This document shows, piece after piece, positions 1-11,383 of a DNA stretch of 35,743 nucleotides. The stretch comes from Chiloscyllium plagiosum. Taxonomy: Eukaryota. The stretch is from assembly GCF_004010195.1 (NCBI RefSeq), contig NC_057749.1:13907022-13942764 (forward strand), read 5' to 3'. Each line of letters starts with the position of its first letter. Position 1 is the stretch's first letter. The position numbers and the translations under genes are program-made. Under the pieces are notes generated by a model that saw nothing but the letters and a program-made list of their open reading frames with translations, made no database searches and was not told the origin of the DNA.

Positions 1-625
1 GTGTGTTCACCATACCCTCTGACCTTCCCCTCTCTGAGGCTGAGCGTGCTGTTCTCAGCAAAGGACTCAGCTTTGTACCCTTATGTCCCCACCTCAATGA
101 ATTCCGGGCTCGACATGATGCTGAGCTCTTCTTCCATCGCCTTCGTGCTCACTTCTTTGGGCAAGATTCCTTCCCCTGCTCCACAGATCCTTTCACATCC
201 CTCCAACATTCCACCTCTAATTGGACACCCCTGCCAGGACAATTTCCTGCCCTCGATCTTTTCATTGACAATTGTCGATGGGACATTAGCCGCCTTAATT
301 TCTCTGCCCCTCTTCCCCATTCCAACCTCACTTCATCCGAACTTTTTTGCCCTTTGCTCCCTTAAGTCCAACCCCAACCTTGTCATCAAACCTGTTGACA
401 AAGGGGGTGCTGTTGTCATCTGGCGTACTGACCTCTACCTCGCAGAGGCTGAGTGCCAAATCTCAGACTCCTCCTCCTACCTCTCCCTGGAGCATGACCA
501 CACCACTGAGCATCAAGCCATTTAAGAGCTTTGACAAAGGGTCAGTTAGACTTGAAACGTCAGCTCTTTTCTCTCCTTACAGATGCTGCCAGACCTGCTG
601 AGATTTTCCAGCATTTTCTCTTTTG
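1..625 (+). mobile_element. Penelope-like retroelement fragment: frameshifted N-terminal ORF joined directly to a terminal-repeat segment
   Basis: LSEAERAVLSKGLSFVP (frame of ORF 3..365) and NPNLVIKPVDKGGAVVIW (ORF 1..525) are the typical PLE motifs upstream of RT, split by a frameshift near 350. From ~523 the sequence switches to the hammerhead-type repeat (ttgacaaagggtcagttagacttgaaacgtc...agatgctgccagacctgctgag). Confidence 0.85.
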
Positions 626-2391
626 GCACCAGGGAAACTTCCCTGGTTATCTTCAAAACGTGACTCGGGGTTTTTGTTGGTACCTTTAGGAGTGAATAGC
701 TGCATTACACTGAAATGTTAGTTTACATTTTATGTTCAAATCCAGAAGTACATTTTGAACCTTCTAAGGCTAGTGTGCTGCCAACTGAGCCAACTTGATA
801 TGAATGAGGTATAATAAGTACTGCTTACACTTTAAAATTCAGTTTTCTCAGACTTAAAGCAGTACTTGCCAAACTCTTCCCTATTGTGACTCCATTTCAA
901 GGCTTGCACATTGTCATGACCGCTCAATGGGAGCTTGGGGTCTGTGAAACAAAGTTTTAACTGGGATCTTTTCACTATTGTTTTGGAGCAAGAGTTAGGC
1001 GTCAAAGTTAAGCCACATATGCCGCTATGCAAAGGACTTAAAAAGGAGCCTTGCAGATGTTAACATGGCAGCCATTGCTGCCTCTGAGTTTTAGGCCCAG
1101 AATCATGCCTCACAACTCATGAGATCATGACCATTTGGGACGTCCTAACTTAGAGTGTTTTTGTTGATCTGCTGTATAAAAACATAAGCGTGAGTACAAA
1201 ACTGCTCAGTGAAAGATGTAGCAAAACTTAAATCTGAAAATCTGATTGCCAATTTAAACTAAGGTGAATTAAGAGCAGTGTCTGAAAATCGTTTACATTG
1301 AGAACATGGTTATCAAAATGTGGGTAGAAAATGCACAAGCCACCCATGCACTGGTTTAGAATTAATCTCACTTTATAATCAGACACATCTGCAGGAATGT
1401 TGTGATATGTCACTTACTAGGAAGGGTTAAAAGCACAAGTCAGACATTAAGCAGGAAACACAAGAATGTCAGAAGAATGCTAACCCTCAGTACTGCCATC
1501 TACTGTAAAGAAACAATGTGGTCAAAATTTCTTCAAACAGCAGCCACTTGTATTTGGAAACTTAATGCACATAAACTCTCACAACCTAAACAAACTAAGA
1601 AATGAGAAAACATTGCATAAAGTCCCAGTCCACATCAAGAATAAAATCATGATCAGCTGCCATTATATGTGAATACTTGCATTACAACTGGAAGAAATAA
1701 ATGGCACATCTCTGTTGCAGCAAATGTACACCTCATCTCCAGAAAGCTCAGTTCAGCTAATAGATACTTCAGCTCTTTAGCCACAGAACTAAGAACATGG
1801 GCAAAGCATTTAAAACGCTATGCTTCTGAAATGCTCATGGAAAAATATGGTGTGTGTGCTGCTGGGACCACAGTAATATCTTCTGTGTCATGCAATTGTT
1901 CAGCTTAACGTAGGTTGGATAGTTCTGCTCACACTTTCCGAAAAAGGGCAGATACAAGAAATGCATTTTGTGAAACTATTCTTCACAAGATTAGTTATGC
2001 GAGTTGAAATCAAGAATTAGGCATGTTCTGTATATCCCATATAAACTGCCATTTTTTAATTCCATGCTTAACTCTTTGATAATATATATTTGTATATTTA
2101 AACAGAAGTACTTAATTCTTTCAATCTCCTAAACTATCATAGATCTTTACTTTAAAAATAAGGTACCCATGTGTTTAGGATTTGTTTGTACTGTAAACTC
2201 CATGTGACACATCATTTAGATAAGCTTTCCAATTTTCTAAACAGTTGCAGTCACAGGTTTTATGTAGTAATCTCACTCTTTTGTAAACTGACATAACTAA
2301 CTTGATTCCACTGTGGAGCTTTCATCTGAAATTTTGGTCACAATCAAATGTTATCTAACAAGCAGCAGCTATGTAGAAACAAAAACCATAC

Positions 2392-2589
2392 CTTACATTC
2401 CACCACACTCTGGTCTGACTCACACGTGACATAAATTTCATCCACCGCTCGTCTGAGATTATCGAAAAGAAATGCCCAATAGCGAGCCCGTAAATCAATC
2501 TTTCGGGGTTGTCGACCTTTTGTTGGACTCTTCTCCACTACGACCTTCTCCCTAACAGTGCTTAACGAGGATTTTTCTGTTGAAGCAGC
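2392..2589 (-). CDS. SCAPER: SCAPER coding exon, 198 bp (AASTEK...KSPTKGRQPRKIDLRARYWAFLFDNLRRAVDEIYVTCESDQSVVECK), SCAPER_N domain
   Basis: Lies within ORF 2344..2619(-). Contains the diagnostic RKIDLRARYWAFLFDNLRRAVDEIYVTCESDQSVVECK motif. Acceptor TTTCTATTGCAG| at 2590, donor AAG|GTATGG at 2391, phase 0 at both ends. Confidence 0.97.
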
Positions 2590-2772
2590 CTGCAATAGAA
2601 ATAGAGATGTTAATCCCATAACACATTGCTTATGACATAACAGGTGAGCTCACACAGGAGTGGTCAACAAATTAATAACCCAAAAATGGAAGTGACTGTA
2701 AAATATGAGATTCTTCAAAACCACAAGCTAACTGCCTTGCATTTAACATGAAAATCATAAGTGGCAACTTTT

Positions 2773-3064
2773 TAGATTAGATTCCCTACAGTATGGCAAC
2801 AGGCCCTTCAGCCCAACAAGTCCACACCAACCCTCCGAAGAGTAACCTGCCCAGACCCATTCGTCTACCCTACATTTATCCCTGACTAATGCACTTATCA
2901 TGATGGGCAATTTAGCATGGCCAATTCACCTGACCTGAACATCTTTGGATTGTGGGAGGAAACCGGAGTACCCAGAGGGAACCCATGCAGACATAGGGAG
3001 AATGTGCATACTCCACGCAGACAGTTGCCAGAGGCTAGAATCGAACCCGGGTCACTGGTGCTGA
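2773..3064 (-). mobile_element. HE1-like V-SINE, 5' end truncated
   Basis: The minus strand has a B box (GGGTTCGATTCT), the V-domain (tctgcatgggttccctctgggtactccggtttcctcccaca) and a CR1-like tail ending in (aatct)n. Homologous to 33018-33367. Confidence 0.85.
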
Positions 3065-4907
3065 ACTATCAGATGTGGCAAATCTTATGGCGTAGTGAAG
3101 TAGCATCCCATCTCTAGGAGTGAAGCTACAGGTTAAGGACTTAATGTGTGAAAAAGGCAGTAAAATAGTTGATTGTCAAGCTGGAAGTCCTTCTCATACA
3201 ATAATAGCAGGCAGTAACTGTGGGAACGTTTCCTGGTCAGCCAGAACCACGTGGTAGCTACAGCACAACAGCCTTCCCACTATTAAAGGATACCACTAAC
3301 TGGTCATTGCCATGACATTGTACCATTCCCAATTCAAGGGACTAAAACACACAATTGCGAGGATTTTCCTGCAGACCTAGTGACCTTGACAGCTACCATA
3401 TTCTGGCTCTAAAATCTTAGATGTGAATCTTGAGCAGGATCTGTTTCTAAATAATAAGGATACAATTTATTTACACTGGCTAGTTTGGAAAGAACTTGAG
3501 GAATATGTTTGACCTGGGAGTTTCTTCTAACTAAAAGTTTAAAGAATACATAATTTTTTTATAAAGCATCTTTACATAGATATTTAATTTTGGGTAAAAA
3601 TTGTGGGCTACTAATAATTTTGCCTAAATTCATGACTGAATCACAAGATTAAATTGTGGTCGCATAGCGCCTAATCAGGAATCACAGCAATATCCGAAAG
3701 CATTTTGCATATAATTAAGTATTATGAAATGTAGTCAATATTGTGCAAGAAAATTAGGTAGTCTTTCTGTTCAAACAAACAAAACTAAATCAGGTAATCA
3801 ATTTTTAGTAATGTCCATTAAGAAAGGAATACAAACCCGGATGCAGGAAGGATTTCCTGATTATAGGATATTACACTTGAGCAGAGAATCAGAAACTCAA
3901 TTTAACATCCAATCTATGTAATACACTTCCAAAAATGCATAATTCTCTCTGTATTACACATGCCCTGATGTGATCGTTGGATTCACAACTTTTCATTCAG
4001 TGGCAATACTGCAACAGCATCATGTTGCTACTCACAGGTAACGAATGAGCACAATGCAGCATTCACTTCCAAAGATTTAGTGAAACAAATGTTCCTAATT
4101 TGAAAGACTTCCATTCAGAAAGACATAATCATACCATCATGGTCAAACAGCCTAATGTCACAAATCATCTCTACTCAAAACAAACAACAGCTGTTTTGAT
4201 AGAGGTACCAGAAAAATATGAATATCAGCAGTATTGCACCCAGAATAATTAACCACCTTCAGGAGGGGACCATGGGAAAAGGAAAGATTTAGACTAAAAA
4301 AATGTGCAAAGGAACATAAAAGCTCTGCAAATGTTTTAGCTGCAAGAAAATGATAAGAAATAAACATGCTTTAGAATTTGTTTCCATAGTTTCAAATATT
4401 TATAGGACTTTGTGAACAACTAAAACTTACAACTTTATTACATAGCCAGCACTCCTTGTATTTCAAAGCTAGTCTCTGGCAAACATAATAAACTTGTTAG
4501 AATGAAACTTGTATCTTTTATCCTCCATGCTTGCTCATGCATTTCAGCAAGTTACTGACATAATATTCTGTGGCTTTCTACATCTGAGGATCATACAGAT
4601 AAGCATCATTGTAAATATGCATAAAGAAAATTAACTTCAAAGCAGTGCACCAGGGAGTAAAGGGCAGTGGACAAAAAGGTTGGACTGAAATGCTCTAAAT
4701 CAAATTTATTCAGTCAATCATCAGAAACTAGAGACTTTGATGGCAGAACAGATAACACCGTCCTGAAAAAACATTTACCTGGTTTGAAGGAGGGGGCAGG
4801 GTTAAGAAAATCCACATGCTTTAACAGGTATGCAATTAAAGGTGACTGCTTGATGCAAATCTAATGCGGACAGAAACCAATTCTCATTATCAACATAACA
4901 GTCAATT

Positions 4908-5512
4908 AGAGTCATAGAGCCATAGGGACATACAGCACAGAAGCAGACCTTTTGCTCCAACTTGTCCGTGCTAACCAGATACCCTCAGGAAATCTAGTCC
5001 CATTTGCCAGCACTTGGCCCATATCCTTTTAAACCCTTCCTATTCATATACCCATGCAGTTGCTGTTTAAAATGTTATAACTGTACCAGCCTCTGCCACT
5101 TCGTCTGGCTAGGCAAAAGTGAGGACTGCAGATGCTGGAAATCAGAGTCTAGATTAGAGTGGTGCTGGAAAAGCACAAGAGGTCAGGCAGCATCTGAGAG
5201 GTAGGAAAAATTAACGTTTCGGGCAAAAGCCCTTCAACAAGACTGCTCATTCCATACATGCACCATCCTCTGCACGAAAATGTTGCTCCTTTGGGTCCCT
5301 TTTAAATCTTTTCCCTCTCACCTTAAACCTATGCCCTCTAGTTTTGGACTCACCTACCCGGTGGAAAATACTTTGTCTATTTACCCTATCAATGCTCCTC
5401 ATGATTTTATAAACCTCTAGAAGGTCACCCCTCAGTCTTCAATCCTATAGCTCAAACCCTTTAACTCTGGCAACATCCTCGTAACTCTTTTCTGAACACT
5501 CAAGTTTCACAA
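4908..5512 (-). mobile_element. CR1-clade (HER1-like) LINE 3' fragment, interrupted by a Penelope terminal repeat
   Basis: Homologous to 17618-18115 (agagtcatagag tail; aaggtcacccctcag; tttctgaac). Interrupted at ~5110-5243. A further small RT piece (EFNLDKCE) lies at ~6045-6110. Confidence 0.9.
5110..5243 (-). mobile_element. Penelope terminal-repeat fragment with degenerate hammerhead, nested in CR1
   Basis: The minus strand reads TTGTTGAAGGGCTTTTGCCCGAAACGTTAA...; it is the reverse-complement homolog of 21975-22096. It splits the CR1 sequence tctggc|gctcattcc. Confidence 0.8.
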
Positions 5513-5530
5513 TGACCCATGTGTGATTTT

Positions 5531-5548
5531 GTGTGTGTGTGTGTGTGT
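5531..5548. repeat. (GT)n microsatellite
   Basis: gtgtgtgtgtgtgtgtgt seen directly. Confidence 0.9.
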
Positions 5549-5964
5549 TATTTTGAAACTCACCCATCTCACCGCCCCCCCCCAATGGCAGCAGCACTCT
5601 TGCTGTTGGTGTCCAGTCCAGCTGCCCCAGAGGAGTGGACTAGGGCCTAGGTAGACGAATTTTGGGGGGCGGAGTTAGAGACGGACAGGGATGGGGGTGG
5701 GGCCTCGTGCGTGGTGTGCTGCTACCTAGTCTTCTGGACGGGGAGCGGACTTTGCAAGTGCTCACTGTGTCAATCCAATTGAACTGATTTTTGGCGGGGT
5801 GGGGGGAGCTGGGGGAGAGACTTCAGCAATGCTCCATGTCCCTTACACACAAGTGTGGGTCTGCTCAGAAACAAACCCTGAGACAGAGAGAGGGAGCAAG
5901 GCAGGCACAGGGAGCAAAAAGGAAAATTCAGAAAACTCCAAGCCCCAGAGGAGAGGCATTGAAT

Positions 5965-6040
5965 CAATTAACCAAATAATCAATTATCCGAATGAAATAA
6001 TGCCCACCTATCTCGTTCAGATAATCGAGGTTCCTCTGTA
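5965..6040. mobile_element. Probable Tc1/mariner (Tigger/pogo-like) DNA transposon end
   Basis: Ends ...ttcagataatcgaggttcctctgTA with an internal inverted copy (aattatccgaa), resembling Tigger-type TIRs followed by TA. The other end is not identified. Confidence 0.45.
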
Positions 6041-6206
6041 GTGCATTAGTCCTGTCCTGATTCGCATTTCCACAACACACCTTCTCACATTTATCTAAAT
6101 TAAACTCTAAATAAAAAGTTTTTTTTTGTATTCTACATTGGATTAAGATCCCAGAACAATATAGCAAACAAACACTACAAGTCCGGAAGACGTTAATGTC
6201 AGGGCA

Positions 6207-6913
6207 CGTTACGACACGGAGTAAATCCTCCTGCTTAATTTAAAATCAGCAACACAGAAAAGATTTATTCTATGCAGTTATCTGTAAAAATTCAAGTGGT
6301 CAAGAGCTATTTAAAAATTAACAATTTTACTTCTTAAAGTATAACAGAATAATTAACTAACAACTCTTTACAAATCCTTCCTCTAACCTGTCTTTTACTT
6401 TCCCTTCTATAATACTAGTCCAATAAAAATCCCAATTAAGATTTACAGAAAAATTCAAATTTTAAAACCAGCCAGTGGTCGAATCTTCTCCTTAACTTTC
6501 TGTCAGTAGATTGGTAATCCAGGTCAGTATTGAGGTTTTCCTCTGTGCAAGCTCCTTCTGTGGACAGGTACCTCTCAGGGAGTTCTGACTAGCAGTCTAC
6601 AGCTGATGGCCTTGTGGCAGTTCTCCTCCCAACTGTTCAATTTTCCCTGGTCTTTTATATCCCAAAGCATCGGATTGTGTCATTGGCTTTTAAGATTTAA
6701 TATACTCAATTCAAACTTGATTGGAAGTTGGTATTTTTGGGGGTATAATTTAAACTGATTGACCTAATTCGAATCTGTTTTGTCGTTTCCAGGAAACTAG
6801 CTACCCCAGAAGCTGGAGCACATGTTACATTGTGTCTTATTGAAAACACTTGGTGCTGTCACTGCTAGCCTTTACTCTCTTAAAAGGTATAGTACACCCA
6901 CATCTTCATAACA
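6207..6913. mobile_element. Probable solo LTR (~700 bp)
   Basis: The ends form an imperfect inverted repeat, cGTTACGA...TCATAACA, consistent with the TGTTA...TAACA pattern of Gypsy/ERV LTRs with the first base mutated. No TSD seen. Confidence 0.45.
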
Positions 6914-7995
6914 ATTTAGATTATTCTTTTTGTATGTATCCATTATCTTTCAGCACTCTGACATCAAATGGAGATGCTAGTGACAAGGTGATGGTTCAAA
7001 CTGCACAGTTTAGTGATATTTGTGTGCTTGCCTCTAGATCTGGAAAATTGATTTTTTTTTAAGTGGACAAAGTAGAAGCAATATGAAATCCTACTGTGCG
7101 ATACAACATATTTGTTGCTGTAAATTATTTAATTGTCAGGAAATTTGATTGGGTTATGTAGCTTTAACAAAGCTGGCTCAGTGTAATATTTTCCATTACA
7201 CAAGAGGCTGAGGTTATTGCAGGCATCCTACAGGACTTTCAGTAAGCAAGTCATTGCAGGGTTCCACTGAGCCATTTGAAGGATACAATTTGTGAAACCC
7301 TGAAAATGTAACAAGGACTTTGCCTTGAATATTTGTGGGATTTCAAACAGGCTACTAAAGTTTCAGTTCAACATACAAAGTTGAAAGTTTTGCATTCAAA
7401 TATTCACTCCTTCAGCTTTTCAAATGTATGAAATACTGCCTTGTGCAAATATACCATTATGCACCAATGAAGACCATCTCCATATAGCATATAATTTCTT
7501 ATTTGTAAATGATTTCTTGTTCATATAATATTTACAGGTAAGACATGAAATTAGATTCCAAACACAAATATTTTTATTGAAACATCACACAGAAAGAATT
7601 TGTATCATACAAAACCACAGAACCATGGTTCAAGCTATTTCAGAATTACTGCCTGTTTAAAGAAACTATGTCTACTTATTTCCTGAATTGTGATAATGTC
7701 CAGTCATCCACATTACACATACATTTCATGAACACTACACAATGTGGACTGCATTGAATTTAACCACATTCAAATCTATCAATTCTTAGGTCCTTAACAG
7801 GTCATCTAGGTCCAAATCTGATTAAATATTATATACTCCTCTTACATATATAAATATGCTGATTTTGTACATCATACATTTATTGTACAATTGATTCTAG
7901 TCAAAAGTTACACAAAATTATCATTGAGGTTAATTTCAATTCTTGCAAAGTTAGCACTTATCAATTTCAATGTTCTAATGTAGCTCTTATCATGA

Positions 7996-8018
7996 CCTGG
8001 TGTTGTGTGATTTTTAAC
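7996..8018 (+). mobile_element. 23-bp extreme 3' remnant of a Penelope-like element with a 10-bp TSD
   Basis: cctggtgttgtgtgatttttaac matches the element terminus at 11361-11382 and the reverse complement of 16047-16067. Flanked by cttatcatga at 7986-7995 and 8019-8028. Confidence 0.85.
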
Positions 8019-9888
8019 CTTATCATGAGGGGTTGCCAAATCAGAAGCACACAACATCAAGACCATCCATACTGTAATTCAAACCACTGTCTGCTTGGCT
8101 TTTTGGTGACACCATTACTACCAATGAAAATTTCCAACCTTAAATTTCAGAGTTATAACTGAAAACTACCTTCATCTATTCAAGGAAAGGCAGCTGCTTA
8201 CTGGATCACACTAAGAGACTGCCGGACCTCTGAGCGAAGGATGTGAAATAGGGAATTGCTTTAAAAATTGCTTCTCTGGCAAAGTATGACTTGTCTCTGT
8301 CAGATCATGAAATCACTATTTTACAATGGTTGAAAATTAGTGCTTAGAATTTGCAAACATATGCTCAAAACTAAAAATCAGTTTTCCAGGAGGAAATAAA
8401 CTAGAAAATCATTTGAGAGTGTAACCCTATCCAACTGCACAGACTGAGATACCAGTTGGCTAATGGAAAGGTCATCTTCTGTCCCCTGCAACCAGCTAGG
8501 CCTGACACCACTCGTTTGTCACAGTTCAATAACTGCCACTCAAGGGAGAGGCAGCGTACCTCAGGGAGAAGAATCTGGCTGTGCAGCTGAATCTTGGTAT
8601 TTTACCCTCCATTAGCTGCAGGCAAGTAAACCAGATTCAGGACAGTTGCAACAATACTAGGATTCATCTACAGCCAATCTGGAGGTGACTCATTAACCAG
8701 GACTGGAAACATAGCAAAGATTCTTTTTGTCATTACCATACAGTTATACTAGGTACTCTCTAAACAATCAAAGTTCAGAGAACACAGCAGTATCCCTAAA
8801 ACTCTGAACAATTTGACACTAAAATAACACATGGGAAACTGGAAACTTCATGTTTAATTGACAATGTAATACAGTGTCTATAATATGCACCGATCTCTAG
8901 CAAAATAGACATTAACCATTTCCTGCAGCGTTGCGTCTGCAGTCTCCAAACTGACATTCTTAGCACCAATCAATAGTCCCAGTAGCCATGTAATACTTCA
9001 AGTCTGACCTCACATGTGCCTTATTGATTCTAATGCTATGTACAAAACCCCTGCAATTTGGGAAACAAAACAACGATTTTGTCATTTTCTTTGCTGTTAG
9101 AAAAGAAATTCATGGATATTGAGGTCTAAAGGTCAAATTTTGGTGCCCTGCCCTCCCTTTCAAATATTCAGCTCCACTTCCTTCTTTGAGAACATTCTTT
9201 GAGCTGGTTTAACATTGGGCTGGATACATCTACTCACTACAACATACTCAATTAATCAGAAGAAAGGTGACACAAAATACTTTGCAGTTCTAAGAACAAG
9301 TCTGCTTTTAGTAGGGAAAGTGTAGGTACACATTTAGAAATAAATTTTCTTCCAAAATTGTACTGAATTTCAAGCAAGGAATATGGAATGAGTCACATGA
9401 CATTGTTTACTAAAATATGTAAAATTAAATCTCATTCTAGTAAAAAAAACTCCCGAGTAAAATTTATCATTTTTGAAACATAAATTATTAACGGAGATTG
9501 GAATACAACATGCTCCAGGCAAAAATCGATAGGAAGCCAAGTACGCAGCTCAGGTTTACCAAACTATCAAGACAATACATTCATAATGATGTTCTAACAA
9601 CCAGGCCTGCTATTGAGGCTTATTAGCCCACAGTGCTATCATGATCTTGTGGGAACTCACTTTTGCCTGTTAATAATTTGTGGAAACAATATTCAATTTC
9701 TTATTATTTGAAGTAATATTTAAAAGTAAGACAAAAGGCAAGAAAGGTGAAACTTATTTCCATAATACATTAAATATTCCATTACCTAGCTGTCAAGTAA
9801 CTTTAATATTTTTCCTCCAATTACTTTCTTCATTTACTGTTGCAAGAAAATTAGTTGGCTCAGTAAGTTTTAAATATGCCTCACTTCA

Positions 9889-10022
9889 AAAACTGAAAGA
9901 ACTGTGGATGCTGTAAATCAGAAACATAAACAGAAGTTTCTGGAAAAGCTCAGCAGGTCTGGCAGCATCTGTGCAGAGAAATCAGAGTTAACATTCGAGT
10001 TAGGTGACCGTTCCTCAGAAGG
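9889..10022 (-). mobile_element. Penelope terminal-repeat insertion with degenerate hammerhead
   Basis: The minus strand reads TTCTGAGGAACGGTCACCTAACTCGAATGTTAAC...agatgctgccagacctgctgag. Flanked by ctcacttca at 9880-9888 and 10023-10031. Confidence 0.8.
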
Positions 10023-10978
10023 CTCACTTCACATCTTGAGACAACTTCACTAACCAACTTACAGTTCCTAATTCGGCGATGGTTCTCTACTTTCCTACAT
10101 TTACTATAAATTCTACTTGACAATCTCCCTTTTTTCCTGGTCTTAATTCTTAACATTTTGTCTTGGAACAAACTGCAATTTTGCATTTTGACAATTTTTC
10201 TCCTACTCTAGAAACAAATCTGCTTTTACAATGATAGAAAGCTGTTACAATAACTGCGACAATGACTGTTCCTTCAAGGCCTGGGTGTTAATTTGCAATC
10301 AACTTTAAGCCCACGTGGATACCAAGAATTATATAAGGCATTTGGCGATGACACACTGTAGATGGGTACCCCTGCATTGCCCATGTTATAATTTAATTAA
10401 ATCTTCATTGAGAATCCAGTTAATATTATCTTTTAATCTTCTCATATCAGCACTCCCATCACCTGGCTTCTAACCAGCCGTGCTTCAGCTTAGAGCTAAC
10501 TGGCTGTATTAATCTCTCAATGTAGACTTTGGAGAAGTTAGAGTTGCCCAGTAGTTGGTTTCTGGTTGAAATGATCAGATTTAGAAAGTTTTTCCGCTCT
10601 GACCATTAGCCTTTCCTGAAAGCTTAATGAAAAGATTCATACAAGAAGCACGTCAATACAACATTTAAGCATTCTTTGATTAAAAGCTGTTTTTACTTGC
10701 TTGTATTGTGATGGTTCAATTACAACAAGTAACCCTGGTCACAGCACTGCATCAAAAATGATCTTGAAGTCTCTGCACAAAAATGATTTGCTGACATTAG
10801 GTGGACTTTAGCACCCAGACAGCTTTAACGAAAAGGAATACATTCATGTCACTTGTCAAACAGCTTATAATTGGTTTACGTTTCACTCAACAGTTATGAG
10901 GATGGAGTATCAATTAAACAATGACGCTTTGATGGTTTGGGAACTCATTCCTGCTCCACCTGCCCAATGTTATCCCAG

Positions 10979-11383
10979 ATAATGAATTGGAGTTGCCGTT
11001 GTTGGAGGGGAGTGGACAGACTTAAAAATCACAACACCAGGTGTAATTGGAAGTTCAAGCTTTCGGAGTGCTGCTCCTAATGCACCATCTGAGCTGAGAT
11101 GTCACTTTTTTAATGAAACTATCTCAGGACTGTGACTTAAAAAAGTTCTCGGATTTACACATTAATCATTTGAAACTTGCTTTCTAAGTGATTAATGACT
11201 TAACAGCAATCTAGGTTTGTTTAATATATCGCATCAGTTGCATGACACTTTGATCTTTCACTATACATTCTGTGTCCAATGATCCTACCCCGCTAGCTAC
11301 CTGATGAAGGAGCAGCGCTCCAAAAGCTTCTACTTCCAAATAAACCTATTGGACTATAATTTGGTGTTGTGTGATTTTTAAAT
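10979..11383 (+). mobile_element. Non-autonomous Penelope derivative with inverted terminal-repeat arms
   Basis: 11022-11078 is an inverted copy of 11308-11382. The body (11077-11382) is homologous to the reverse complement of 16047-16360. Flanked by ttatcccag at 10970-10978 and 11384-11392. Confidence 0.85.

Noticed and set aside
2344..2619. 91-aa ORF as a stand-alone gene
   Set aside because: Only 2392-2589 is coding; the ends are intron read-through past clear splice sites.
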